Positions 5,041 through 13,247 of a stretch of 13,585 bases of DNA are shown here, piece after piece. Numbering within the stretch: position 1 is the first letter of the stretch; the number at the start of each line of letters is the position of its first letter. The notes below the pieces were generated by a model. It searched no databases. It was not told the DNA's origin and worked only from the letters and a program-made list of their open reading frames with translations. Origin of the DNA: a virus (lineage: Duplodnaviria > Heunggongvirae > Uroviricota > Caudoviricetes). Where the stretch lies: the IMG/VR virus record IMGVR_UViG_3300034126_000013; one strand, 5' to 3'. The translations under genes were made by a program, and so were the position numbers.

Positions 5041-5068
5041 TTGACAAGGGTGTTGAACCTGATAGAAT
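5041..5068 (+). promoter_or_regulatory. sigma70 promoter (rightward, extended -10) for the rnl-pnk operon
   Basis: TTGACA-16 nt-TAGAAT with TGn; A/T-rich upstream. Confidence 0.8.
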
Positions 5069-5097
5069 GGACCACATCAACCAACAGGAGAGTCATC

Positions 5098-6195
5098 ATG
5101 CAAGTCATTCAATTCATCAAGGAACACGGTCTGGAAGCACTGACTGAGCAGTTCGCAATCAGTGTCAAGAAGGTGGACGACCTACTGGTCCTCAACTACA
5201 ACCAAATCGATAGCCCAAAGACACACCCAATCGTGATCGAATGCCGTAGCCTCATTCTGGAAGCCAAGACACTCAAGGTTGTAAGCCGATCCTTTGATCG
5301 GTTCTTCAATCACGGCGAAGCACTGAATGTAATGCCTGAGATTGACTGGAGCCTTGCTGTAGCTTACGAAAAGGTTGATGGTAGCCTGATTAAGATTTAT
5401 AACCATAAAGGTCACTGGTGCGTTTCTACGAAGGGTACACCTTATGCAGACAGTGATTGCATGGGTTACGGAATCACTTTCTTCGAACTAGTACTCAAAG
5501 CTCTTGGCTGCAAAGATGATGCTGAGTTCCAAACTCTTTGCAAGATGTCTGACCTGTGGCACTCATTCACATATATCTTCGAACTGACATCTGCTGAAAA
5601 CCGTGTTGTAAAGCGTTATGAAGGCTACAAATTGCATTACTTGGCTACTCGTGATAATCCAAGTGGTCGCTATGTGAGTGATACTGAAAAAGATCGTGCA
5701 TTAGCTCTTGGTGCACTTGAAATTGAAGAATATCGCTTCAACACAGTTGATGAGTGTATGCGTACTTCTCGTGAATTGAAAAACCTTGATGAAGGATATG
5801 TTATTTATCAAGGTGGTGTTCCTATTGCAAAAGTGAAATCACCAGCGTATGTTGCCGTGCATCACATTCGCGGTGAAGGCTTGAACCCAAAACGGATCAT
5901 GCAATTGGTTTTGGTGAATGAGCAGGATGAATACCTTCAGTATTTTCCAGATGACCGTGTTGTTATGGAGCCATATATTAAAGCTAAAAAAATCCTTGAC
6001 TTGACTATCTTGGGTACTTACAATGGAATCAAGCACATCGAAGATCAAAAGGACTTCGCTCGCCAAGCAGGTGTAATGCCATTCAAAGCGGCGTTGTTCC
6101 AAGCTCGACAAAAGAACATCTGTGCAATTCAGGCTTTCAACGATCAACGTGAAATTTATAAAATGGAAATTCTCAAGGGGTATGTCGTAAAATGA
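5098..6195 (+). CDS. rnlA: RNA ligase, T4 Rnl1 family
   Basis: Motif I YEKVDGSLI, FELTS, EGYV, KVKSPAY; start reassigned to ATG 5098 after SD AGGAGAG (the ORF-track start at 4978 overlaps the promoters). Confidence 0.9.
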   Translation: MQVIQFIKEHGLEALTEQFAISVKKVDDLLVLNYNQIDSPKTHPIVIECRSLILEAKTLKVVSRSFDRFFNHGEALNVMPEIDWSLAVAYEKVDGSLIKIYNHKGHWCVSTKGTPYADSDCMGYGITFFELVLKALGCKDDAEFQTLCKMSDLWHSFTYIFELTSAENRVVKRYEGYKLHYLATRDNPSGRYVSDTEKDRALALGALEIEEYRFNTVDECMRTSRELKNLDEGYVIYQGGVPIAKVKSPAYVAVHHIRGEGLNPKRIMQLVLVNEQDEYLQYFPDDRVVMEPYIKAKKILDLTILGTYNGIKHIEDQKDFARQAGVMPFKAALFQARQKNICAIQAFNDQREIYKMEILKGYVVK

Positions 6196-6314
6196 AAGGT
6201 TTCGCCAAGGTTGAAAAAGCTGATTTGCTAGCTACAACAGATGGTTATGTTCTGGTCGATGACAAAATGGCCAGCGTAATTGTGAAATACAAAATATATT
6301 TGGAGAAAGTGTAA
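6192..6314 (+). CDS. Hypothetical protein (40 aa)
   Basis: MKGFAKVEKADLLATTDGYVLVDDKMASVIVKYKIYLEKV; ATGA and TAATG overlaps on both sides. Confidence 0.7.
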   Translation: MKGFAKVEKADLLATTDGYVLVDDKMASVIVKYKIYLEKV

Positions 6315-7195
6315 TGCGTGCAATTATTACAGTAGGTGTACCAGCTTCAGGCAAAACAACCTTTGCAAACGAAATGGTTAGCAAGTTTGGATTCCGTGAT
6401 ATCAATCGGGACTTCATCCGATTCAATCTGGTAAAGCCCGGTTCCACTTGGGCAACCTACAAGTTCAACAAGGCAAATGAACGTGCTGTTGACGATATCC
6501 ACGGCAAAATGATTATGGAGTCTTGGGAAAACGAAGAAGACATCATCATTTCGGATACCAACCTTAACACCAAACGTCGTCGTGTATTGATTGAACGCCT
6601 ACAAGACTTGGGTTATGATGTTGAAGTTAAGCCGTTCGAAATCAGTCGTAAAGAAGCACTGAAGCGTGATAACCTTCGTGCGAATGGTGTTGGTCATGAT
6701 ATCATCTATCGAATGATGCAGAAATGGAACGAGTTCGTCGGTCGGCTTACGTACACACCAGATACATCGTTGCAGAAAGCAGTCATCTTCGACGTTGACG
6801 GCACAATTGCTGAGATGAATGGTCGTGGTCCTTTTGAATGGCATCGTGTTGGTGAGGATAAACCTCGTGAAATGATTATCAAAATGCTTCAGGGTTATGC
6901 AAACCTTGGATTCCATATCATTATCTGCTCAGGTCGATCTGATGAATGTTTCAAAGAAACAGCAGAATGGCTTGACAAATATGTAGGATTGAATTACTGG
7001 GACAAGCTTTACATGCGTAAGGCTGGTGACTATCGGAAAGATACCGAAATTAAAGAGGAAATCTTCTGGACACACCTCGCAGATAAGTATAACATCGTGG
7101 CTTGTGTTGATGACCGACCAATGATGATTCGGCTTTGGCATGAACTGAAAATCGAAAACGTGATCGCAGTAGCCGATCCATACATTGAATTTTAA
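6314..7195 (+). CDS. pseT: Polynucleotide 5'-kinase / 3'-phosphatase (T4 PseT-like)
   Basis: N-terminal P-loop GVPASGKTT with RD motif; C-terminal HAD motifs FDVDGT, SGR, K and DDR. Confidence 0.95.
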   Translation: MRAIITVGVPASGKTTFANEMVSKFGFRDINRDFIRFNLVKPGSTWATYKFNKANERAVDDIHGKMIMESWENEEDIIISDTNLNTKRRRVLIERLQDLGYDVEVKPFEISRKEALKRDNLRANGVGHDIIYRMMQKWNEFVGRLTYTPDTSLQKAVIFDVDGTIAEMNGRGPFEWHRVGEDKPREMIIKMLQGYANLGFHIIICSGRSDECFKETAEWLDKYVGLNYWDKLYMRKAGDYRKDTEIKEEIFWTHLADKYNIVACVDDRPMMIRLWHELKIENVIAVADPYIEF

Positions 7196-7208
7196 GGAGA
7201 AACAAAAT

Positions 7209-7424
7209 ATGAGCAAATCAAGTCTGAAATTTAAAGCAGGTGATACAGTTTGCATTATTGACGACACAACATTTCATGGCTTCGAAATCGGTAGCTTCAT
7301 AACTATCGAAAGTATTAAAGACTGGGATAATGGTTTCTTTAGTTATGAAGCTATTGATAAAGATGGTGACTGTATGCTATTTGACGATGACGACTGCTCA
7401 GCAATCCAAGGAGTACTTCAATGA
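7209..7424 (+). CDS. Hypothetical protein (71 aa)
   Basis: SD TAAGGAG, ATG 7209, ATGA overlap downstream. Confidence 0.75.
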   Translation: MSKSSLKFKAGDTVCIIDDTTFHGFEIGSFITIESIKDWDNGFFSYEAIDKDGDCMLFDDDDCSAIQGVLQ

Positions 7425-8251
7425 TTAAGTATAAAACAGGTAATATCCAAACGACAGTTCGTCAGTGGACCTTTCCAGACGGTTGTGTAGGCATCGACCT
7501 GCAACTTGGAAGTCAGCAAGTTGATTTCCTTTGCGCTGAAGTGCATGTGACTTGCATCTTTGGTAGCGAAGGGTTTACAATCAATGACGACATCATTGCA
7601 CTGGCATTCGTTCGTGATGCATTGCGGACTCAATATCCGATTGCAAATATCCATCTGAGCCTACCATACATTCCATATGCTCGCCAAGATCGAGCCTGTA
7701 ACCCCGGTGAGGCTGCTAGCTTGAAAGTAATCGGTAACATGATCAACGGTATGGGTTTCGCTACTGTGCGTTGTGTAGACGCTCACAGCATGGTTGCAGG
7801 GGCATGTATTGACCGACTTTATGTCGAGGATCAGTATTCTGTATTCAGTGGTGTGCGTCAGAGCTTCCGTGAAACGTATATCGTTGCTCCCGATCAAGGT
7901 GCAAGCAAGAAGTGTGAAGACTTTGCAAAGCGTGTTGGTGCGGCTGGTGTTATCACTTGCGCAAAGAACCGTGACCTGAAGACCGGTAAAATCATTGGCT
8001 TCCGTGTAATTGATGACGTTCCACCAAATGCAGACCTTCTGGTTCTGGATGATTTGTGTGACGCTGGTGGTACTTTTATTGCTGTAGCTACTGAGCTACG
8101 CAAGCATGAACCTGCACGTCTGGACTTGGCTATCACACATGGTCTGTTCACGAAAGGTGTTGGTATTGTCAAGGATCATTTCGACAAAGTTTTCACAACA
8201 AATAGCTACAACAGCAATAAAAATGGTGCGATTGTTATTGACTTGGGTTAA
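7421..8251 (+). CDS. prs: Ribose-phosphate pyrophosphokinase-like protein (NARP1 Adps-type ADPR-PP synthetase by context)
   Basis: YIPYARQDR, VDAHS, VAPDQGA and PRTase motif VLDDLCDAGGTF. Confidence 0.92.
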   Translation: MIKYKTGNIQTTVRQWTFPDGCVGIDLQLGSQQVDFLCAEVHVTCIFGSEGFTINDDIIALAFVRDALRTQYPIANIHLSLPYIPYARQDRACNPGEAASLKVIGNMINGMGFATVRCVDAHSMVAGACIDRLYVEDQYSVFSGVRQSFRETYIVAPDQGASKKCEDFAKRVGAAGVITCAKNRDLKTGKIIGFRVIDDVPPNADLLVLDDLCDAGGTFIAVATELRKHEPARLDLAITHGLFTKGVGIVKDHFDKVFTTNSYNSNKNGAIVIDLG

Positions 8252-8266
8252 TCACTCAGGCACAAT
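8238..8266 (+). promoter_or_regulatory. Putative internal promoter
   Basis: TTGACT-17 nt-CACAAT, followed by the leader motif shared with the promoters at 5041 and 10864. Confidence 0.5.
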
Positions 8267-8296
8267 GGCTTCACATTAACGAAACAGGAATATGAC

Positions 8297-8581
8297 ATGA
8301 AAGTCCGCTGCATTGAGAAATCGACACCACGTTCTGACGGTGTACAAGGTCAACCAATTGGTTTGACAATCGGGAAAACGTACAAGGTTGCTGAAGTTCT
8401 TATCGGTGGACGATCTAATCAATATTCAATCATCAATGATGACTTTAAGATTGCACGATACAGTCAGTGTCGTTTTGAAGTTGTCTGCGATGAGCCAGTG
8501 AAAGGTTTACGTGATGCGTTTAACTGGTTGACAACTGAACTTCGTTCACGTATAAAAGAACTTGAAAGTAATCAATACTAG
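8297..8581 (+). CDS. Hypothetical phage protein (94 aa; LTIGKTY..V...Y.I..D...Y...RF pattern)
   Basis: ORF with AGGA SD; pattern resembles small beta-barrel phage proteins (inference). Confidence 0.75.
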   Translation: MKVRCIEKSTPRSDGVQGQPIGLTIGKTYKVAEVLIGGRSNQYSIINDDFKIARYSQCRFEVVCDEPVKGLRDAFNWLTTELRSRIKELESNQY

Positions 8582-8590
8582 GAGAAAGAC

Positions 8591-9007
8591 ATGAGCATTA
8601 CATTGCGTTTAGATACAACTGGTTTGCGTAAAATGATCGAAGACAACCCTGAGTTCAAGATCGAGATTCAAAAAGGTGTGCTTGACAACATTAACTCAGA
8701 TAACATTGAACAAGCAGTTCGTACAAAGATTGAAATTGTACTTCGAAGCATGTGTAAGGAAGAGGGTAACTACTATAACAAAAAGTATACAATTACGGAT
8801 GCTAAACTTATCGAAGCAATGAGGCTTATTGTAGAACAACAGGTTGTTGAACTTTCTGAAACTGCAATCAAAAATAATATTGCTGATATTATTAGCGGCA
8901 TTGCATTAGAACTACGTCGTGATATGAAAGCTAATCTAAAGGCAAGCATTCTTGAAGTAATGACGCCTGAGCTTGCTAAAGAAATCCTCATTGCAAAACT
9001 TGTATAA
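8591..9007 (+). CDS. Hypothetical helical protein (138 aa)
   Basis: SD AGGAGA; fills the gap before the NAMPT-like gene. Confidence 0.8.
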   Translation: MSITLRLDTTGLRKMIEDNPEFKIEIQKGVLDNINSDNIEQAVRTKIEIVLRSMCKEEGNYYNKKYTITDAKLIEAMRLIVEQQVVELSETAIKNNIADIISGIALELRRDMKANLKASILEVMTPELAKEILIAKLV

Positions 9008-9017
9008 GGAGAAACAC

Positions 9018-10817
9018 ATGAAACTTTTCGCAGCCTTTCTGTCTGATGGTTACAAACTGGGTCACCCTGACATGTACGCAGATGGTACTGAAGTCGTATC
9101 TTCTAACCTTACGCCACGTGGTGACAAGATTTATCGCAGGTCGTGCACTCGTTACTATGACGGTAAGCTCACTGTAATCGGTCACGCTGGTGCAATCCAA
9201 GAAATCGTTGAGATGTGGGACGACTTCTTCAAGATGGATCGAGGTATTGCAATCGCTCGATTCAAACTGCTGTGCGACCATTACTTTGGTTACGATGTAA
9301 TCACAACTGACCGTCTTGCATTGCTTCACAAGTTGGGTTATCTTCCTCTGGAGATTCGTACTCTCGACGAAGGTAGTAAAGTCAACATGGGCGTTCCAGT
9401 TCTGACAATCCGTAACACCATTTATCATGCGTTTTGGTTGGTGAACTTCATTGAAACCGTAATCAGCAACTTGACTTGGAAACCGTCTACCGCTGCAACC
9501 ATCGCTCAGGAATATCGTGCGATGCTGACTGACTTTGCAATCCGTACTGGTACTCCGCTTGATGTTGTAAATATTCAGGCTCACAACTTTGCTGATCGTG
9601 GTATGTCCGGTTTCGAAGACGCAGCACGTACTGGTTTCGGTCACGCTGCAAGCTTCCTCGGTTCTGATTCGTTGGGTACGGTTATGTACGCTCAACAATA
9701 CTATCGTGCCGGTAACTTTGTTTCCTGCTCGGTTCCGGCAACGGAACACGCTGTATCTACTAGCAACATTCTGCGAATTGAGAATGAGATTTATGATGGT
9801 ACTTACAAATTTAAGAATGAAGAACATACTCAAATTTTTGTAAACATGAATGTAGTTGGTGGTGATCTGCGACTTATCGCTGAAATCATGTTCATGTACG
9901 AACTGATGCTGAAGTTTCCAGTTGGTATCCTATCGTATGTAGCTGATAGCTTTGACTTCTACGGTCTGATTTCTCGTGGTTTGCCATACCTGAAAGATGT
10001 AATCCTGCGACGTGAATCGAACGGTGTAACTCCCGGTCGTCTGGTTATTCGTCCTGATTCGGGTGATCCATTGACAGTTCTGTGTGGTGTCAAGGTTCAT
10101 GATATGCCTCATAGCACTCAGTCTTTTATTGATGAATGTGATGAAGCATACGATAGTCTTTCTGACATTGCCGACGGATACAACAACGGTAAGGAGGAAG
10201 AAACTTTCTACATTCGAACTACAGATGGTGATGTTATTGAAGTTCACGCTTCGTATGAATATGAGCGTTACTATAATACTTGGTCCTATACTGGCTGTTC
10301 TGCACGTGTTGTTGAGTTGACCGTTGAACAACGTGGTGCAATCGATGTACTCGGTGAAATCTTTGGCTTTGACCTGACTCCAACTGGTCACAAGCTGTTG
10401 AATGACCACATTGGTCTGATTTACGGTGACTCGATTACCACAACTCGCTGCCTGAGTATTCTGGAACGCATGGATGAGATGGGTTTTGCATCCGGTTGTG
10501 CAATGTTCGGTATTGGTAGCTACACTTATCAGTGTGTGACTCGTGATACCTTTGGTTTCGCAGTCAAGGCAACATACACTCGTGTTAACGGTAAGTGCAT
10601 TCCGATCTTCAAAGACCCGAAGACCGATAGCTCCAAGAAGTCTGCAAAAGGTCTGTTGTATGTAGGTATTGGTGAGAACAATGAACCTGAACTGCTGGAT
10701 AATGTGTCAATGGAAATTCATACGTCTGAAGAGAACCTGTTGAAAGTTCGCTTCCTCGATGGTCAGTTCTACAACATGCCAACCCTTGATGGAATTCGTG
10801 CAAAACTGATGGTTTAA
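9018..10817 (+). CDS. nadV: Nicotinamide phosphoribosyltransferase-like protein (NARP1 Namat-type by context)
   Basis: DGYKLGH, HNFADRG, SVPATEH, SYVADSFD, VIRPDSGDP, LIYGDSI, KDPKTD..KKSAKG; start at ATG 9018 after SD AGGAGA. Confidence 0.94.
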   Translation: MKLFAAFLSDGYKLGHPDMYADGTEVVSSNLTPRGDKIYRRSCTRYYDGKLTVIGHAGAIQEIVEMWDDFFKMDRGIAIARFKLLCDHYFGYDVITTDRLALLHKLGYLPLEIRTLDEGSKVNMGVPVLTIRNTIYHAFWLVNFIETVISNLTWKPSTAATIAQEYRAMLTDFAIRTGTPLDVVNIQAHNFADRGMSGFEDAARTGFGHAASFLGSDSLGTVMYAQQYYRAGNFVSCSVPATEHAVSTSNILRIENEIYDGTYKFKNEEHTQIFVNMNVVGGDLRLIAEIMFMYELMLKFPVGILSYVADSFDFYGLISRGLPYLKDVILRRESNGVTPGRLVIRPDSGDPLTVLCGVKVHDMPHSTQSFIDECDEAYDSLSDIADGYNNGKEEETFYIRTTDGDVIEVHASYEYERYYNTWSYTGCSARVVELTVEQRGAIDVLGEIFGFDLTPTGHKLLNDHIGLIYGDSITTTRCLSILERMDEMGFASGCAMFGIGSYTYQCVTRDTFGFAVKATYTRVNGKCIPIFKDPKTDSSKKSAKGLLYVGIGENNEPELLDNVSMEIHTSEENLLKVRFLDGQFYNMPTLDGIRAKLMV

Positions 10818-10823
10818 CTGATG

Positions 10824-10849
10824 ACCCCGCTTCGGCGGGGTTTTCTTTT
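10824..10849 (+). terminator. Intrinsic terminator
   Basis: ACCCCGC-UUCG-GCGGGGU followed by UUUCUUUU. Confidence 0.93.
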
Positions 10850-10863
10850 GCCTAAAATAAAGC

Positions 10864-10891
10864 TTGACGTGGTTTACTCATCTGATACAAT
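10864..10891 (+). promoter_or_regulatory. sigma70 promoter (extended -10)
   Basis: TTGACG-16 nt-TACAAT with TGn, immediately after the terminator. Confidence 0.78.
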
Positions 10892-10919
10892 GGACACATC
10901 AAAAACGGGAGAGACAAAG

Positions 10920-11390
10920 ATGGAAGAGCAAATGGTAATGGCATTGGTTTTCGCAGCAGAGAAACACAAGGATCAAATGTATGGTGACAAGCCATACCTG
11001 TATCACCTTTATCAAGTTGACAACCTTGTAACGCGAATCTATGCGAAGGTGAGTTCCCCAAGTGAACCATTCTCCAAAGAACCGGGAGATGAAGTGGACA
11101 ACCTGCGTGCTATTGCTTTCCTGCACGATGTGATTGAAGACACCGATGCAACTTACGAAGATTTGTACGATGCTGGTTTCAACGAACATGTTGTTCAAGC
11201 TGTCGGTATGCTCAGCAAGGTTGATGGTGAAAGTTACGAGCAGTACATTGAAGGTGTTTTGACAAATGAGCTTGCACGCAAAGTTAAGCTGTGCGATACT
11301 AGTGCCAACTTGATGAATAGCATTCAAGAAGGTAATGCATACCGTATCAACAAATACAGCAAGCAGATTCAATTACTCGGTGGATTCTAA
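10920..11390 (+). CDS. HD-domain hydrolase, SpoT/Mesh1 (small alarmone hydrolase)-like
   Basis: HKDQMYGDKPYLYH, FLHDVIEDT, KVKLCD...N motifs; start at ATG 10920 after SD GGGAGAG. Confidence 0.85.
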   Translation: MEEQMVMALVFAAEKHKDQMYGDKPYLYHLYQVDNLVTRIYAKVSSPSEPFSKEPGDEVDNLRAIAFLHDVIEDTDATYEDLYDAGFNEHVVQAVGMLSKVDGESYEQYIEGVLTNELARKVKLCDTSANLMNSIQEGNAYRINKYSKQIQLLGGF

Positions 11391-11548
11391 TGCAAAAGGG
11401 TGATACAGTGGGTAACTGGACATGGTACACTAAGCAAGTAATTGCAAAGCTGGAACGTCCACTAGAAGCGAATGAATATAAAGACTTGCTCAAAATGTAC
11501 ATTGCAGGTAAACCTTGGATCAATGCTGTTGAGGAGATTAGTAAATGA
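11390..11548 (+). CDS. Hypothetical protein (52 aa)
   Basis: Hand-translated MQKGDTVGNWTWY...EEISK; TAATG and ATGA overlaps. Confidence 0.7.
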   Translation: MQKGDTVGNWTWYTKQVIAKLERPLEANEYKDLLKMYIAGKPWINAVEEISK

Positions 11549-11715
11549 TTACCCAGAAAGAGATTCGTGAAATTGCACTTGCTGATATGATCGCTAGTTT
11601 GAAGTCTGCAAAACAATCAGCTAAACTTGGTGGCTTCGGTTGGGAAGTTGATGACGATCTATGCACACTCATTGAACAAGCCGAACATGCATATCAAGAG
11701 GAACTTGATTCATGA
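11545..11715 (+). CDS. Hypothetical protein (56 aa)
   Basis: MITQKEIREIALADM...QEELDS; SD GAGGAG; ATGA overlaps. Confidence 0.72.
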   Translation: MITQKEIREIALADMIASLKSAKQSAKLGGFGWEVDDDLCTLIEQAEHAYQEELDS

Positions 11716-11981
11716 GTCGGATGGAATATAATAAGGGAACACTATTCCCAACCAATATTGATACTGAATTGTTCGGTGATGACGAGTTTGAAGTTTACCG
11801 AGAGAATGGATATATCGTAATCCATCGTGATGTTTATTCTGTTGTCTGGGAACACCAATCTACTGACCTTGAAGAAGGTTTCAACCGAACAACTATAGAT
11901 GCAAATGGGACAATCCATTTCGAAACATATCACTATAATGGTGGAGCATGTTGGACAGAACTTGTTGAGGAAAGGGTATGA
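11712..11981 (+). CDS. Hypothetical protein (89 aa)
   Basis: Overlapping start/stop chain; SD GAGG. Confidence 0.75.
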   Translation: MSRMEYNKGTLFPTNIDTELFGDDEFEVYRENGYIVIHRDVYSVVWEHQSTDLEEGFNRTTIDANGTIHFETYHYNGGACWTELVEERV

Positions 11982-12178
11982 GTGGGGCAATTGTAACTTG
12001 GCAATCAAAACTTGATGCGACAAATGGCATTAAACCAGTTGCACATAGTCATATCGGTGGTGTACACTATGAAGATTACGAACTACCTGACGGGTATTGG
12101 CGTTATACGTGGACCAACTTCACACTCGATGACCATCCTGAGTTTATTGAAGTAAATCTGATGGAGTATGGAGTATGA
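11978..12178 (+). CDS. Hypothetical protein (66 aa)
   Basis: ATGA overlap; SD GAGGA. Confidence 0.72.
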   Translation: MSGAIVTWQSKLDATNGIKPVAHSHIGGVHYEDYELPDGYWRYTWTNFTLDDHPEFIEVNLMEYGV

Positions 12179-12384
12179 AATTTGCAGAACGTATTGATAA
12201 TCTACCAGCTAGTTGCTTTCGAGAGGGACAATACCAAGATGGTTGGTATGAGTGTCGTGATTATGCCTCTGAAATCGCAGGACAAGCTGATAAACTAATT
12301 AGCAAGCTGTTTGATGCATTATGTAATCGCCATGCTGATGATCTGGTTGATAAATTGAAAGAGGAGTATGGATATGACTGCTGA
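12175..12384 (+). CDS. Hypothetical protein (69 aa)
   Basis: ATGA overlap; SD GGAG. Confidence 0.72.
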   Translation: MKFAERIDNLPASCFREGQYQDGWYECRDYASEIAGQADKLISKLFDALCNRHADDLVDKLKEEYGYDC

Positions 12385-12541
12385 TAAGGCATTTGAGAAG
12401 TTTGTTGAGATTGCAGTACGTGAGTTCCTTTACTCGACAGCAGAAGTAGCAGCATTCAGCGTTGAAATCTATGATCGCCTTCGCTCAATGCCCGAACTCG
12501 ATGAAGAAACACTTCGTGAACTGGTAGAAGAGATTCTTTAA
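12374..12541 (+). CDS. Hypothetical protein (55 aa)
   Basis: Hand-translated MTADKAFEKFVEIAVREF...VEEIL; GAGGAG upstream; TAATG overlap downstream. Confidence 0.7.
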   Translation: MTADKAFEKFVEIAVREFLYSTAEVAAFSVEIYDRLRSMPELDEETLRELVEEIL

Positions 12542-12756
12542 TGTTCAAGTCTGTTGAAGAAGTTAAATTCGATAACGGTGATGAAGTTACCGTTCGGTTA
12601 TCTGAGTATCATAGTGAACCATGTGGTCGCCATTGGGTTGAACTTCATATATGGGATGATTACGAAGGTCGTGGTGGTAGTGCCGCTCTTTATGATCTAG
12701 AATCGCTTGACAAAGTAATTGCAATGTTGCAGAATGCACGCAAGGAGATGGTTTGA
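12541..12756 (+). CDS. Hypothetical protein (71 aa)
   Basis: Coupled stop/start chain. Confidence 0.72.
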   Translation: MFKSVEEVKFDNGDEVTVRLSEYHSEPCGRHWVELHIWDDYEGRGGSAALYDLESLDKVIAMLQNARKEMV

Positions 12757-13046
12757 TGTCTGATGTAAAGAAAGTGAAGCCGATGGTAACCGTAACTGTA
12801 ACCTTCGATCAATTCACTGAATGGGATTTCGTACCACCGGGTAGCTATTACATCCGTGATGCAGTCGGGAACTACGTATTCATGAAAACATCGAATCGTC
12901 AACTTGCACAAAAGTATATTGATGAGCAATATGGTAAAGGAAAATACACAGTCATCCCAGCAAAGGATGATAAGAACAAATCCAAACTTGAAAGTGGTGG
13001 TCTTAGCTGCACAGGTACTTCAACTCGCCGGGGACAAAAACGATGA
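12756..13046 (+). CDS. Hypothetical protein (96 aa)
   Basis: ATG 12756 (TGATG overlap); SD AAGGAG. Confidence 0.75.
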   Translation: MSDVKKVKPMVTVTVTFDQFTEWDFVPPGSYYIRDAVGNYVFMKTSNRQLAQKYIDEQYGKGKYTVIPAKDDKNKSKLESGGLSCTGTSTRRGQKR

Positions 13047-13234
13047 AATATGTATACGTTGTAACTAGTGTTGAAATGGGTTGGGATTGTGTATGTGGTG
13101 TTTACGAGAATCTCGATGATGCATATCAGTCATGCTTTCATGATAACCCACTCAATCTAAGCCTTGAACAAATGGAAGAGATGGTTGAAGATGGTGATAC
13201 AAATTATGTTGTACATACCAAGAAACTTAAATAA
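13043..13234 (+). CDS. Hypothetical protein (63 aa)
   Basis: ATGA overlap; small acidic ORF. Confidence 0.7.
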   Translation: MKYVYVVTSVEMGWDCVCGVYENLDDAYQSCFHDNPLNLSLEQMEEMVEDGDTNYVVHTKKLK

Positions 13235-13247
13235 TTAGGAGAAAGAA

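Noticed and set aside
4978-5097. ORF-track N-terminal extension of the RNA ligase
   Set aside because: It overlaps both divergent promoters and lacks an SD; ATG 5098 has AGGAGAG.
8973-9017. ORF-track N-terminal extension of the NAMPT-like gene
   Set aside because: It overlaps the upstream gene; ATG 9018 has the SD and begins the conserved N-terminus.
8988-9833. 281-aa minus-strand ORF and the other long antisense ORFs over terL, rnl, pnk, prs, nadV and the HD gene
   Set aside because: Shadow frames of strongly codon-biased genes; no motifs or expression signals.
10821-10919. ORF-track N-terminal extension of the HD protein
   Set aside because: It runs through the terminator and promoter.
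12707-12735. TTGACA-17 nt-CAGAAT inside a coding region
   Set aside because: Lacks the first T of the -10 and the shared leader motif; may be chance.
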